The notes beneath the pieces are model-generated. The model saw nothing but the letters and a program-made list of their open reading frames with translations, was not told where the DNA came from and searched no databases. A stretch of DNA of 62,623 bases, filler included, from Basidiobolus meristosporus CBS 931.73 (taxonomy: Eukaryota; Fungi; Basidiobolomycota), in assembly GCA_002104905.1 (NCBI GenBank). It is 2 parts of 2 records of this genome, joined end to end, with 100 filler letters (N's around TTAATTAATTAA, not from the genome) between each part and the next. Parts side by side here need not be neighbours in the genome. Positions count along the whole stretch, not along the records: positions 1 to 30,711 come from MCFE01000845.1; positions 30,812 to 62,623 come from MCFE01000837.1. The stretch is one strand, 5' to 3'. Position numbers and translations under genes: made by a program. This document shows positions 26,452 through 39,310 of the stretch, piece after piece. Numbering within the stretch: the stretch's first letter is position 1; every line of letters starts with the position of its first letter.

Positions 26452-29400
26452 TGTTGCAATATTCTGAGGAGTATTGGAAGTGATGTGGAGAACTAGAAGA
26501 TTTACATGTTATTCACTTGTAGATTTATTGATCAAAAGTATGGTATTTATACTTTTGATAAAGTAGGGGAAACAAACGTGTAGAGTTTGTTAAGGAAGGT
26601 CCCAAGAGTATGTGTGCAAAGTTTCGGGTCTTTTGGATAACTTTGAAAAAAATAATAATCTGGGTACCTGACAATTTGGTGAAAAATATTCTAAGTAAAT
26701 CCCGACAAGAAATCTAGTCAGGACAGAATGCTAATCACAGAATAAGATCTATGTGACTAAGTTAGCATGAATATTTAGGTGACAATTCAATAATTACAAC
26801 ACTCCCACTCAACAAAATATTCATGAGTAATAAATACATATTGTGAGTGTGCAATCTGTAGTAAGCGTATAAGATTTAACTGTTTTGCATACTGGACTAA
26901 TATATTATCCAAAGGTGTATGCATTTGTGTTCAACTTAATAGAACAAGTAACTTGGAATTCAGTATGCATATCTACTTAGTAATATGCCTAAAAATCTGA
27001 ATGATCTGATCATAATACTAATCATCAACTTTGATCAGCTGTACGGGCTTGAATAATAAGCTGAGTCTAATTGACAGATTGTAATAATGGTATATAGCCT
27101 CTGGGCTATCCAATGCTTCTTATTTGAGCAAAATTGACCCACTTTTGGTCAAGTTAAGGTTTTGTCATTTACGGCAGATCTGGAGTTTCCTTATTTCCGG
27201 CCAACAGTCTAATCCATTTAGACAACTTCACTGTGTGTCCATATTAGGCTCAGGGACAGTTACTTCCATCATATAGATGCTATATGAGGTAAAAAATAGT
27301 GACCTACTTTGGGTCAAGTTAAGGTTTTGTCATTTACGCCTGATCCGGATTATCCTTGTTTCCTAGCACTGTGGCACATATAACATGGCCAAAAAAAGAA
27401 GGTTTTTGCTCAACTCTGAGCTGGGATGGCCTGCTCCCACTTGAACCACGTCTGTTTAGTGATTCAGATCCACAAATATGATCTAGAATGGTCATCTTTG
27501 TCTTCTTTAAATAGCAATAACTTTCTTTGGACTGATTACTTCATATGCGGTAGATTCAAAGTCCATTTGCTTCTTGATTTACCCAGTTTGGTATTGGACA
27601 ACACCATGGGTTGTTTGGTAGCTATTCTTAGAGTGCTTCTACTGATTTGGATTGATACAGCTGCTTTTGTCTTATCAGAATATACTTGTAGAATAGAGAT
27701 TGGCGCTTTTCCAGAAGTGAGATTCTCCTTAACAAGGGCTTTGATTATCCTTATTCTCCTGATAGTTATTTTCAACCTTGAGCTCGGTTTCCAAGGCTAA
27801 CTGATCTTCTCAGTGTCTTCAGAATCCATAAAAACCATCTGGTTGATCCTTGCACCTTTTTCTTTCAGCTCCATAGACAGCAGACATCAAGACTTCTGCA
27901 CTAAATAATCTGTTCCAATATATACTACAATATCTAACAGATCCTGTTGAAGTTTCAAGGCTCTTCTGGGGTTTCTAGCTTGAGAACTTTGTACAAGAGG
28001 CTCCATAGTACATATCTGCATTGCCAGATAGTCCAAATATGGCCTACATAGGTTTTGGCACCATTTGGGAAGTACCCTAGTTTGCGGTAGTAGTATTTTC
28101 CATTTTTTCTTCTTTTCTTTTTCTGCTGATGACCCAGGGATAATTCCTTTTGTGGGGTGGTTCTGGACTTCCTTGCAGGTGGGACCACGGTGTTTTTGAG
28201 CACAAGAGTCTCCATGACATCATTGTTCCAGAATATCTGACTATTTGAGAGTGAAATAATCAAAATCGGCATCCACTTAGATCATTCATAACTTTTGATA
28301 GAGTTGACCAAATTTGATCAAATAAACTGCATTTGATAGCTAGCTTCATCAATACTTCGGTATCAGACTCCAATATATCAGTATTTTGAGTTGCAGAACT
28401 TGGCGGTGACTTGATCAATCAAAATTCTTCTGATCTGATCCAGAGAGGTTAAATATCACCAAGTGTTTTCTCCCACTGTAATAAGTGATATATATATAAC
28501 AAGTATAAAGTACAATGTTATCTTCTGAGTGGCTCTTAGCTGTGTACTGACCAACTGTTGCTTGGTTGTATACTCCAATCAGGCTTGCAATTATATGCTT
28601 CACTCCTTTGGCTGGCGGTAGAATCTTCATGAGTTGATTTTGCTAAATTTGTATAATACTTTCTCCCACTGTTTTGAGACTTAAACAGAGTGATAGCACG
28701 TCTAACAGCTCCATATTTAGCTCCTGGTACACTGGTTTCAGTATCAAAACACTTGATACAATTATAGCATTCTTCTAATGGATTGTGTAGTACATATCCG
28801 TACTCCAGGTGGATATATATGTATTATATATCATTGGGATCCTTACAATTCAGGAAGCTTGTTTCTGAGATCTTTTTCCATCAGTAGATAGTCCAGAATA
28901 GCGGCTAACAGCTCCAGTATTTGCATTCTCAGCTGTATTTTGAGTGGCAACAGATTTTTGGTAAAATCCTCCTCCGGCAATCATTAATAATGATCTATAT
29001 TTTTTTTTTTGCAATTCAGGATAATATCCTATTCAAGAGCTCGTCTAACAGTCAATTGGGGTCATATGAATACATATTGCAGTATATTTCATTGTAGATC
29101 TGGACCCTCAATTGCTGGAATTACACAATTTTCTTCAGTAGTGGTAGAGCACCAACATACTATATTTCTTGACACAATTACATGCCAGTTTGATTGACTC
29201 TTCTCCATAACTAACTTGGATAGTTACTGAAAGCATCTTTTGAAGGCAAGGCCTTCTTCTCCACAGCAATATCCTCATAAACATAGTCCTTTAGCAGCGG
29301 TAGTCTTCTTTAACCTTAGCAGAGCAATAGTGCGGAAAGTCTTTCTCCAGACTAGCAGAAAAGGATCCAAAGCATAGTAGACACCAAGAGGACAGCAAGC

Positions 29401-29765
29401 TCGGGGCTCATAACCTGTTGCAATATTCTGAGGAGTATTGGAAGTGATGTGGAGAACTAGAAGATTTACATGTTATTCACTTGTAGATTTATTGATCAAA
29501 AGTATGGTATTTATACTTTTGATAAAGTAGGGGAAACAAACGTGTAGAGTTTGTTAAGGAAGGTCCCAAGAGTATGTGTGCAAAGTTTGGGGTCTTTTGG
29601 ATAACTTTGAAAAAAATAATAATCTGGGTACCTGACAATTTGGTGAAAAATATTCTAAGTAAATCCCGACAAGAAATCTAGTCAGGACAGAATGCTAATC
29701 ACAGAATAAGATCTATGTGACTAAGTTAGCATGAATATTTAGGTGACAATTCAATAATTACAACA
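26452..29765 (-). mobile_element. Non-autonomous Ty1/Copia-type LTR element: 350-bp LTRs (26452-26801, 29416-29765) with non-coding interior
   Basis: Both LTRs run TGTTG...CAACA and are nearly identical. TAAGC target-site duplication at 26447-26451 and 29766-29770; minus-strand PBS GGTTATGAGCCCC (29403-29415); PPT GTTGAGTGGGAG (26802-26813). Confidence 0.9.
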
Positions 29766-29770
29766 TAAGC

Positions 29771-30711
29771 TGTTGTAAGAGTCTTGGACATATTGGAAGT
29801 GACTGCAAGAACATGCAGGTTATGTCATTTTTGCTTATTGTGTTATTGAATGTAAAAGCAGCATTTGTACTTTTACATGATCTTGGCAAAACCAGCATGT
29901 AAATCATGTTTGAGAAGATCCCAAGAGCATGTGTTCAAAGTTTGGGGTGTTTAGACAACTCTGACAAATTTCATGTAATGGGTATCTGACAATTTGGTGA
30001 AAATATTCCAAGCCCCAACAAAGAATTGGATCAGAATTCTCTAGGATTTGTAGGTAATGATTCATGTGACTAAGTTGGATGAATATTTAAGTATAATTAC
30101 AAAGCTTACACCAGAAGTAACTCTTAAAACAAGAAGGTGGTTTGATCATCACTTAATGACCTGTTACATGTACAAGCGGAATTAACTGTTTATATGGTTT
30201 ACTATTATATAAATATTGAGTGTATGTAGTAAGGTCTCAGGAGCATATAAACAAGGTTCAGGGGTCCTCTAATTACCTGATCTTTTCAAGTCCACAGTGT
30301 TGTAAAAGTGAATTAATACATCTATATAATTGCCCAACATAGTTACTTAGAGCATTACCTAGAAATCTCAGAGAACACTGACCAGATTCCTTGTTGTTGT
30401 AAGAGTCTTGGAGATATTGGAAGTGATTGGGAGAACAAGTAGATTATGTGGTTTTCACTTAATGATTTATTGAATGTAAAGGTAGTATTTATACTTTTAC
30501 CTGGTCTTGGCATTACAAACACGTAGAATAGGTTAAGGAAGGTCCCAAGAACATGTGTGCAAAGTTTGGGGCTGTTTGGACAACTTTGAGAATTTTCATG
30601 TTCTGGGTAAATATTCTAAGTAAATCCCGACAAGCAATTTGGTCAGTATTCTCTAGGATTTGAAAGGTAATGATCTAAGTGACTAAGTTAGGTGAATATT
30701 TAGGTGGAATT
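29771..30711. mobile_element. Two older diverged LTRs of the same family (~29771-30110 and ~30394-30711)
   Basis: Both begin TGTTGTAAGAGTCTTGGA and align with the 350-bp LTR; the second is cut by the gap. Confidence 0.8.
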
Positions 30712-30811
30712 NNNNNNNNNNNNNNNNNNNNNNNNNNNNNNNNNNNNNNNNNNNNTTAATTAATTAANNNNNNNNNNNNNNNNNNNNNNNNNNNNNNNNN
30801 NNNNNNNNNNN
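30712..30811. other. Artificial assembly gap/linker: 44 N + TTAATTAATTAA + 44 N
   Basis: Exactly 100 nt containing a six-frame-stop spacer, typical of contig-joining linkers. Confidence 0.95.
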
Positions 30812-33386
30812 CGGCAGAAAATACTACTTTCAAGCAGAGACGGAGCTGGATATGATGGAGTGGATAACCGCGTTACGCATACCGCACATTGGTAGCATCA
30901 ACTACAATAGAAGCGCATCCAATGTATGGTTCATGCGATATGCTGTCAAGCTAGGACACAAGAAACTCACCCTTTATCCATTCAGGCCGGGGCGGAGCTG
31001 ATTAAGTCGGGGACTGTCTATATTCGAGGTAGTTTACTCGTTCTTCTTATTGCATGCTGCTGGAAACTCAAGGTTCCCTAGAGGTGAAGAGCTCCAAGAA
31101 CCCGCATTGCACTAAGGACCCCCTCTCCATAACCGGCAATTGGCGACGCATCGTCCTTATTATTCGGTCCAATGGCACTCTGTATCAGTTTGACGAGAAC
31201 GTAAGTGTCCCTTGTGAAAGCCCATCTTGCATTCATGCAAATCTCATTCCCTTTATTACTGCGTCTTCAGGACAAAACCGTGATTGAAAATATCAAGGTC
31301 AAGGAGGTTCAGCGGAACCATATCAGCATGATAGACGAGTCCGCCCTCAAAAAGAAAAACTGCTTCATGTTGAAGTCGAAGCAGAAAACTCATTTTTTCA
31401 TGACTGATGGACCAAACGAACGCAACGAATGGATCTCTATACTGAAGACTTTTGCTCAGCCAGAGGTGTTGGGCTATTCCGAGCCCCCCTACTTCTGCTA
31501 CCGTCTGGATCGTACCTTTTGGATCAGTGTCGTGGAAGGCCGTGGGCTCAGCCAATCGGACCCGTACTGTTATATCGAACTGGACGCAGAACGCAAAGGT
31601 AGAACAAGCACCAAGCCCAAGACGACGAACCCTGTCTGGGTAGAAGACTTCCTCTTTACGTAAGCCGCGTGACTGTTGGGGTAGTGTTAAGGAGCCATTG
31701 ACTAATGTGTTGTGCTAGGGATCTTCCTGCTCTTCGAAGAGGTGTTGAGGTCATTGTGATGAACAAGAATCGACTCCATAAGGATTCAACTATTGGTAAG
31801 TTACGAGTGAGTAATGCAGCGGAATCCAACCTTCTTTAACGCCATCCACCGATGCTTAGGCAAAGTACACCTTCCTATCTCATTCATACGACGGGGGGAG
31901 ACTCATGAGGGGTGGTACCCAATAATGTACGAGTCTAAAGTGTCCGGATACCCTTCGGAGACGGCCGGAGAACTCCACCTTCGATTCAAATATGACGAGG
32001 TGGTTGTGTTGCCTTCTTCAAGCTACGACAGCTTACTCAAGGTAAGTGACCCCTTTTGCCGCATTCTGTTGGCAGCCCACCTAACGAGGTACGGTATAGC
32101 TTCTATTGGACGTCGAGTCTCGATTGATTTTTGACCTGGTGAATGTCTCCAAGAATCTGGAATGGTTTGCCGAGAACATGATGCGGATCTACGCGGCCAA
32201 AAACATGGCGATGGAATGGCTTTTGTTTCTTGCCCGCAACGAAGTGGAATCAACCGGTATGCGGATCCGCTAACTGTGACGGCTTACTCCGTTCTCATCC
32301 CTCCTTCATTTAGACGACGCCAACATCCTGTTTCGAGGAAATTCCATTTTCACTAAAGCCATCGATGGCTACATGAAGTTGATCGGACTTCAATATGTGG
32401 ACGAGGCTATTGGGGAAATTGTCAGATCCATCTGCGACAACAAGGTGTACGTAGAGGTACCTGCCTGTCTTGCTCTCCCTCATGCTGCCTATGATTAAGG
32501 CTTTCCATTCGATTAGGTTGACGAGCTCAAGTTGGAACGCTATGAGGATATCCGGGCCCACTGGAAGGTTTTGATTGGATATACTAAGATGCTATGGAAA
32601 AGTATCGAGAAAACTCAAGCCAAATGTCCCAGGTAGATTGTAGCGTCCATTAAAGTCCATTTTGCAGCCAGCTAACTTTCCACTTCCAGTGAGTTGCGTG
32701 TATTCTTCTCTGAATTAAGAGCCATAATCCAAGCCAAGTATTCGGAGCAAAACCAATCGGTTCGCTATACTTGTGTGAGCGGATTCATCTTTCTGCGCCT
32801 CTTCTGTCCGGCGTTACTTAATCCAAAGCAATTCCAACTCGTCAAGGAGCAGCCGGATGCTCGAACTCGTCGCACCCTGACGCTGTTAGCCAAGACCACT
32901 CAATCGCTAGCTAATTTGAGCGACTGCAACCCCAAAGAACCGTACATGGCGCAGATGAACGAGTTTGTCCGCCAGAACTCCGCTACGTTGATGGAATACA
33001 TCGATTACATTGCTACTGGACAAACACATAATCCATCCTACCATAAAATTCAAGCTCTGCAGCCACCGGAAACCTTCTTCAAGCCCCCAGAGGTTCCCTA
33101 TCTTATTGATATAGACAAGAAACTCTCCAGCTTTTGTAGCTATGTCGTTCATAATCGGGAGCATTTGGAGGATTTGATTGCAGAAGGAAAGACCGCTTGC
33201 TCTCCTAAACTTCTGAGGAGATTGCTCTTCCATTGTAACGTGGCCGAGGAGAAAACCAGGCTAATTACGGAAGGACGCAACGGACGTTTGGCTAGTAGCA
33301 TATCTAGTCTGTCAGATTCCAGCAGCCAACAAACACTTTCCTCACACCGCAGTCAATCCTCCTTCCAATCCAGCTCCTTTGTATAG
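30812..33386 (+). CDS. Ras GTPase-activating protein (PH-C2-RasGAP, Bud2/Gap1-like), multi-exon, 5' end lost in the gap
   Basis: PH-like YYFQAETELDMMEWITALR; C2 SVVEGRGLSQSDPYC...NPVWVEDF; LFRGNSIFTKA; SGFIFLRLFCPALLNPKQF...LTLLAKTTQSLAN. Confidence 0.9.
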
Positions 33387-33427
33387 CGTTTTCACTCATT
33401 CCCCTAGTTTAAGACACAACTCACTGC

Positions 33428-33491
33428 TCACTATTCACTATTCATTATTCACTATTCACTATTCATTATTCACTATTCACTATTCATTATT
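33428..33491. repeat. Heptamer tandem repeat (TATTCAC/TATTCAT)n
   Basis: About nine consecutive units visible. Confidence 0.9.
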
Positions 33492-33758
33492 TCAGTAGTA
33501 TTTTGTAAAACTGATGGAATTTCCATGTCAAAGCATTGTTATCATACTTCATTCTCCTAATAAACGCAGTCCCAATTTTCATCATATCACGTGACTATCC
33601 AGTGCGGAAAATCCCTCGATAAAAGTATTGTTTGATGTAAAAGCGGCTCTTTCTTTTTCGGAAATCCATCTTTCTACGTGAACAAGGTTTGATATGATCC
33701 ATCCATCCGTAGCGTAGGCTTCAATATGTGCACCTAGTAACCACGGTCTTGATTTAGC

Positions 33759-34157
33759 ATGGTCTCCTCTACCAACAAGGTCGCTATCATCAAGAAGCGC
33801 ACTAAGCCCTTCAAGCGTCATCAATCTGACCGCTACAAGACCGTCAAGGAGTCTTGGAGAAAGCCCAAGGGTATTGATAACCGTGTCCGTCGTAGATTCA
33901 AGGGCCAAATCCCCATGCCCAAGATCGGTTATGGATCCAACCAGAAAACCCGCCACCTTATGCCCAACGGTTTCAAGAAGTTCGTTGTCTCCAGTGTCAA
34001 GGAGTTGGAGGTCTTGTTGATGCAAAACCGTACCTACGCTGCCGAAGTTGCCCACAACGTCAGCTCTAAGAACCGTATTGCCATTGTTGAACGCGCTCAA
34101 CAATTGAACGTGAAGGTTACCAACGCCAACGCTCGTCTTCGCACCCAAGAGAACTAA
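33759..34157 (+). CDS. RPL32: 60S ribosomal protein L32 (eL32), intronless
   Basis: [17 protein letters not shown]...[28 protein letters not shown]. Confidence 0.98.
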   Translation: MVSSTNKVAIIKKRTKPFKRHQSDRYKTVKESWRKPKGIDNRVRRRFKGQIPMPKIGYGSNQKTRHLMPNGFKKFVVSSVKELEVLLMQNRTYAAEVAHNVSSKNRIAIVERAQQLNVKVTNANARLRTQEN

Positions 34158-34425
34158 GTGTCGAGGGCCGTTGTCAACTATCCTGAACATCCGTGTGAAT
34201 GTTTCTTCCATAAGGCACTCACCAATAAAATCTACCACTAGCATTATGGACTTGATATTGCATATATATTGTCGGATTACTGTTACGGATGGGTTGGAGT
34301 GCAGAGCAGGGTTTATGAGCTGTGTTTCACCATCTTTATGTTTATATATATCCATTTGATCTGGAATGCCACCTTTTTAAGGATTCACTACTTCTGCCTA
34401 CACAACCCTTCTACCTACATTAAAC

Positions 34426-35863
34426 ATGACCACTATTGCTGTCACCGCGGGATTTCGCAAAAAGCGGAACTTCAAGAATCTAGAATTAGCGCAATCACTT
34501 CTTGTTTGTGAAAGTACTACCGCCGGAGCTCAATACAGCGGCAACTTATCAGGCGTAGACAGCGGCCAGTTGTATGAGCAGCTGGTCGACCTGGAAATAG
34601 GCCTGGAATTCAACCTGAATTTGCGTCAGGAAGACTTAAAGACCCTTGACGAACTGGGCTCTGGAAACGGTGGCGCAGTGTCTAAAATACTGCATATCCC
34701 TACCAAAACAATCACGGCAAGAAAGGTGCGATACTTTCCTCACCTCTTCCTTGTTCTTCCAATGGCCGTTAAAACACAGACATATCCCCGTTGTGGACTC
34801 CCTCTAGATCGTCCACATCGAGGCGAAGACGTCGGTAAGAAAGCAGATCATTCGGGAGCTACAAATCCTTCACGACTGCAATTCCCTTTACATCGTATCT
34901 TTCTACGGTGCATTCATGGATGAAAACGACATGAAAATCTCGATATGTATGGAGTACATAGACAAGGGGTAGGTTCAGATGTTTTATAGCACTTGGTGTG
35001 CGCAAGCTCATTCCAAGAAGTTCGTTGGATCATTTATACAGAAGAATAGGGCCGATTCCTGAACCAATGATAGGAAGCATCACTTGCTCGGTACGTGATT
35101 CCTTTTTTTGTTGTTGTGAAGCTCACTAACTAGGAGCGTCAAGGTACTTCACGGACTTGCCTACCTCTATGACCATCATCGCATCATTCACCGAGGTAGA
35201 TGGAATTATTTACATTTCTGAGAATCAGTCCAATAAGAGCGCATCAATAGATGTCAAGCTATCGAACAACTTGATTGATTCGGCCAGATCTGTCAAGCTC
35301 TGTGATTTTGGCGTGTCTGGGATTCTTGTAGATTCAATTGCGGAAACCTTTGTGGGGACAAGCTGGTACATGTCGGTATGTTAAGCTTGAGACACACCGT
35401 TGACCCGTCCGGGTGCTAACCTCAACATTATCCCGAGAGAATCACTGGTGCTTCATACAGTGTGAAATCTGATGTATGGAGCTTAGGCGTCTCTTTGTTG
35501 GAGCTGAGCCAAGAGAAATTCCCGTTCCCACAACTATCGGTGTTCGAGCTGCTGCAATGTATCGTTGACGAGGATTTGCCGACTCTTCCGATGGCAATGT
35601 TTCCTACTGATTTTCTTGATATGGTCAACTTATGGTTAGGATTTATTGCTTCCACCTCTGCTCTGTATTCTGGCTGATCTATCTTAGTTTGACCAAGGAT
35701 CCCGAGGCTCGACCCACACCCAGGCAGATCATGGTGAGGCGTTCGATTAGGATTGGCTTGTATCCATGTACTGACCTTCTTTTGCGAACACAAGGGGCAT
35801 CCCTACGTAAAGCGAGTCACCAGCAAATATGTCAACTTGGCCAGATGGGTGAATTCTATCTAA
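34426..35863 (+). CDS. MAP kinase kinase (STE7/MEK family), multi-exon
   Basis: [12 protein letters not shown]; [26 protein letters not shown]; HR|DVKLSN; [10 protein letters not shown]; FVGTSWYMS|PERI; [14 protein letters not shown]. Confidence 0.88.
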
Positions 35864-36399
35864 TATGCTGTGTGGTCCCTTGTATCTTTGGCCATTTCTT
35901 CGGCTCTTTCTTTGATAACATCAACACTATAATATAATGCTAATAACCTTGCAGCCTAATCCAATTTGTGCCGCATCTGAATAAATCATGCATATTGCGT
36001 TAATCCTGATTTGTTATTTGTTTGTTTGCATATACATACACCATGTTCCCTAAATTTCCAGCACTCTCTTTAATATGCTTCTCCCAACATGCTCTTTTAC
36101 GAGAAGGGAAACGAATCCGTGTTATCTGGTACTGAGGAACTGGGTGGTGAAAATAGAACATATCGAGAGTCACGTTTCACTTTCGACGAGTAGTTTAGCT
36201 TTGTTAGAAGAGCAAAAAGATTCAGTTGACTTTGAGTTTCTGCCATGTTTGCTAGTACCAAGTAAGAATCCATCCATCACCCACTCACTGAAGAACCTCG
36301 TTCAAATAATAAATACGCGGATATTCAATCGGAACCTTTGACTTAGCAGCTTTTCCTTTTATCTAATCTAGATATCAACAGAATCATCACTGCTAAAGT

Positions 36400-38948
36400 G
36401 CTATCGGAACTCGATTCGGGAAGGTAAGTTATCTTTGCATATAGATAAGCCGATAGCTCTCTCAGCAAGACTCAAGTCAGTAACCATGCGATAGTGAATT
36501 TGTATATATACTAGGGACAGAGCTGAGCCAGGAAATAGAGCGATCTCTGGTTTTATTAAAGATTATCTTTTCTGAGAATGAAACCAGCTACGAAAAATAC
36601 ACCAAAGATCTAGAACCAAAGTATCCCATTCAAGGTTAGCAAGAAGAATTTCCCGCCAGCTTTGATCTTTGCCTCAACTCAACTTTGTAAAGAGATTGCA
36701 CTCGCTCACGGGCCTGTAGTAAGCCTCTTCAGAGCCCATACAGCGTTGGACCATACGGGTGTCTTAGAAGATTTAAATCAGGAAGCCAACCTCGAACTAT
36801 GGAAGATCACGAGCGTTAAGGCGATCAGCTTTCCCTTGATTTCCATCCAACCTTTGCGAATCTTCGGGATCACCAATATATACGAAGGAATTGCATTCAT
36901 TTGCTCGGTAAAAAACCACGCAGAGGAAAACGAAATACAGTTGAGCTATATCGACATTAGCAATGAGGAAGCGAGCCCCAGACCTTTGGATATCACAATA
37001 GATCTGCCCAGCTATTTGGTGAGCATGATCAGCACCATTCAGATGAGCGGTATCCTGCTGGACGTGGTGGAAGGTACGGGCGTGGGATATGAATTAGATA
37101 ATACATGGATTGGCACCAAGGCCGGAGAGATCATGAATCTGAAGTACAACAAGATTGACCAAGTCCAACAGATCCACAGCATTCCGCATCAGATAGAGTT
37201 TGCCTGTTTGGATTCAGAAGGACTCACCCTCATTGTCGTTACTGGGGACAATACCTACTCGATCGTCAAAGAAAGAGCCTCCCCGAGCACACTGGAATCG
37301 GAATCAATTTTGCTCTTGAATCCTGGCAACCCCGAGTATGACTCGTTGTACTATCTAGATAGTGCCGAGCCCCGATTCAAACTATTTAAAGATCGCCAGC
37401 AGGAGCCTACCGGTAGTGTTGATAGCTCGATTACTAGATTGCTTCAAATCCATTGTTGACATGGCGTTGTTTGATCAGGGCATAGTGATGACGAGAACCT
37501 GACAGCGGTATATCATTCCTTGACCACCAGAATGCTTAACGGCGCGGCATCTTTACGTGAGCACGAGAGACTGGTAGGTGCACGATATAGATGATTTGGC
37601 GAAGCTGATGATAACTGGTCCCTCTTGATTAGTTGAGCCAGAAAACTGCTCTGCTGGATAAATCATCTAAGTTGATAGAGGAATACGCGAGGATAATTGA
37701 TTCCCGAGGAGCGGCGCAATGTGAACCGTGCAAGGCCCTACCTGACAGCAGCATGGTGCCACTCTTACCCGAACAATCGTCCAAACCGATGGAACAGCCA
37801 CATTCCAACTCGGCCGAATCGGAATGGATCGACATCGTAGACTCAAACATAGTTCAGGACGAGCAATTAGCCCAACTAAATGTTACAATTAGAAATTTGT
37901 CAAGGTACTGTCGAACAACCATTGTCAGCATTTAAACGAGTGCTAATCTTTGTTCCGCCAAACTTGATGCAGTGCATCCATATACGACCCTCACATCATT
38001 CCCGTGATACAAGCCTTCTCTAAGGTGTCCATGCTAAATAGCACCATTCTGAACTCGCCCAGGGAAATGGCAAGCAGCGAGACCAGAGTTCTCTCAGCAA
38101 TAATCGAGCTACCTATGGAGTTGGTGGATACGTGTGACGAGATTTCTGCGATGTTACAGTGGAGAAAGCGAGATATCCGTGCATTTCCAGTAGAGCCAAG
38201 CCAGACTCAACCTATACATGCCATTCGACCCGGCAATTTGTTCTATGAAGGTTGGTGCTGTCTGCCCCCCAAATTCCTTCTGCTTGGATATTCATGTGTT
38301 TTCGGCGGATCGTAGGCGGCCTTCCGAGCATATTGGACATCGAGCTCGTGTGTACGAACACTCAAGTAGAATACTCTTATTTCGACTCTCTCCCGCATGT
38401 ATTCGCGGAGCATTTACGCTTAAGAGAGTACCGAGAAAGTGTAGGTTGTTTCTCTTCCTTCTTGGCGAAAAATCACTTTTTTAACTTGAGTCAACTAGAA
38501 TATCGAGTGTGTATTCTTGCCTCTGGACGAGAAGAAGTTCAGAAATCAAGATGGCTCCTTGGTTTTTATGTTCACCAAAACTGCCACCGACAATTCGCGT
38601 AGGATTCTCGTGAAAGGATTGACTGATCGGAGGATCGTAACTGCAATCAAGAAATTAACCAGAGTATTACCTGATGATATCCTTTGAAGAAATTGGATTC
38701 GTGTCCAATTGTTCACCTGTTGCTTTGAACTTTCCTTAACAATAATACATATCAGGCTCACGATAACTCCGAATATACTCTCCACTCAGGGCGCGAAGTC
38801 AGTGGAGCAATCTATCATTGCTATGAAAGAGCTGTCTGGAATGCTTAACCGGCCCGAAGACATGAATGCCGACAGCTGGCTAGAAACAAGAAGTGAACTC
38901 AAGCGTATCGTCCAAAATATTCTCTCACAAACCGACGAAACAATGTAG
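36400..38948 (+). CDS. Uncharacterised multi-exon protein-coding gene (possibly two genes); boundaries approximate
   Basis: Long open frames 36662-37459, 37633-37935, 38004-38240 and 38709-38948, with plausible GT-AG introns and gene-like composition; no family recognised. Confidence 0.45.
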
Positions 38949-39310
38949 ATAGCAGAGCATCCATCACCAAACCAACACCTAACCCTACCAGCCTCGCGTA
39001 ATCCCTCACGCTCTCCTTGACTACCCCTAGCTATGATGATGACATTCCCTTCTAGGTAACCCTCCCCCCCCCCTTCGCATCCTACCAGATAGCCCCCTTC
39101 TCACATGAGATAAGATGATTCAATAATTGAAACAATATAGCAATCCCAAGTCATGTTAGAAATACTTTGTGGCTCATTAAAAGCCGGTACCACGCCATTC
39201 ATTGCTTCTGAACTGGGACAACGGCCAATAACAGCTTTCATCCCTAAACCATTACGCACGATCAAATATAAATATTCGCCGCTTTGTTGGGATAATATCA
39301 TTCCTTGGCC

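Noticed and set aside
38420-38500. Zwilch-like peptide (FSSFLAKNHFFNLSQLEY)
   Set aside because: The segment appears to be a GT-AG intron, so the resemblance is probably spurious.
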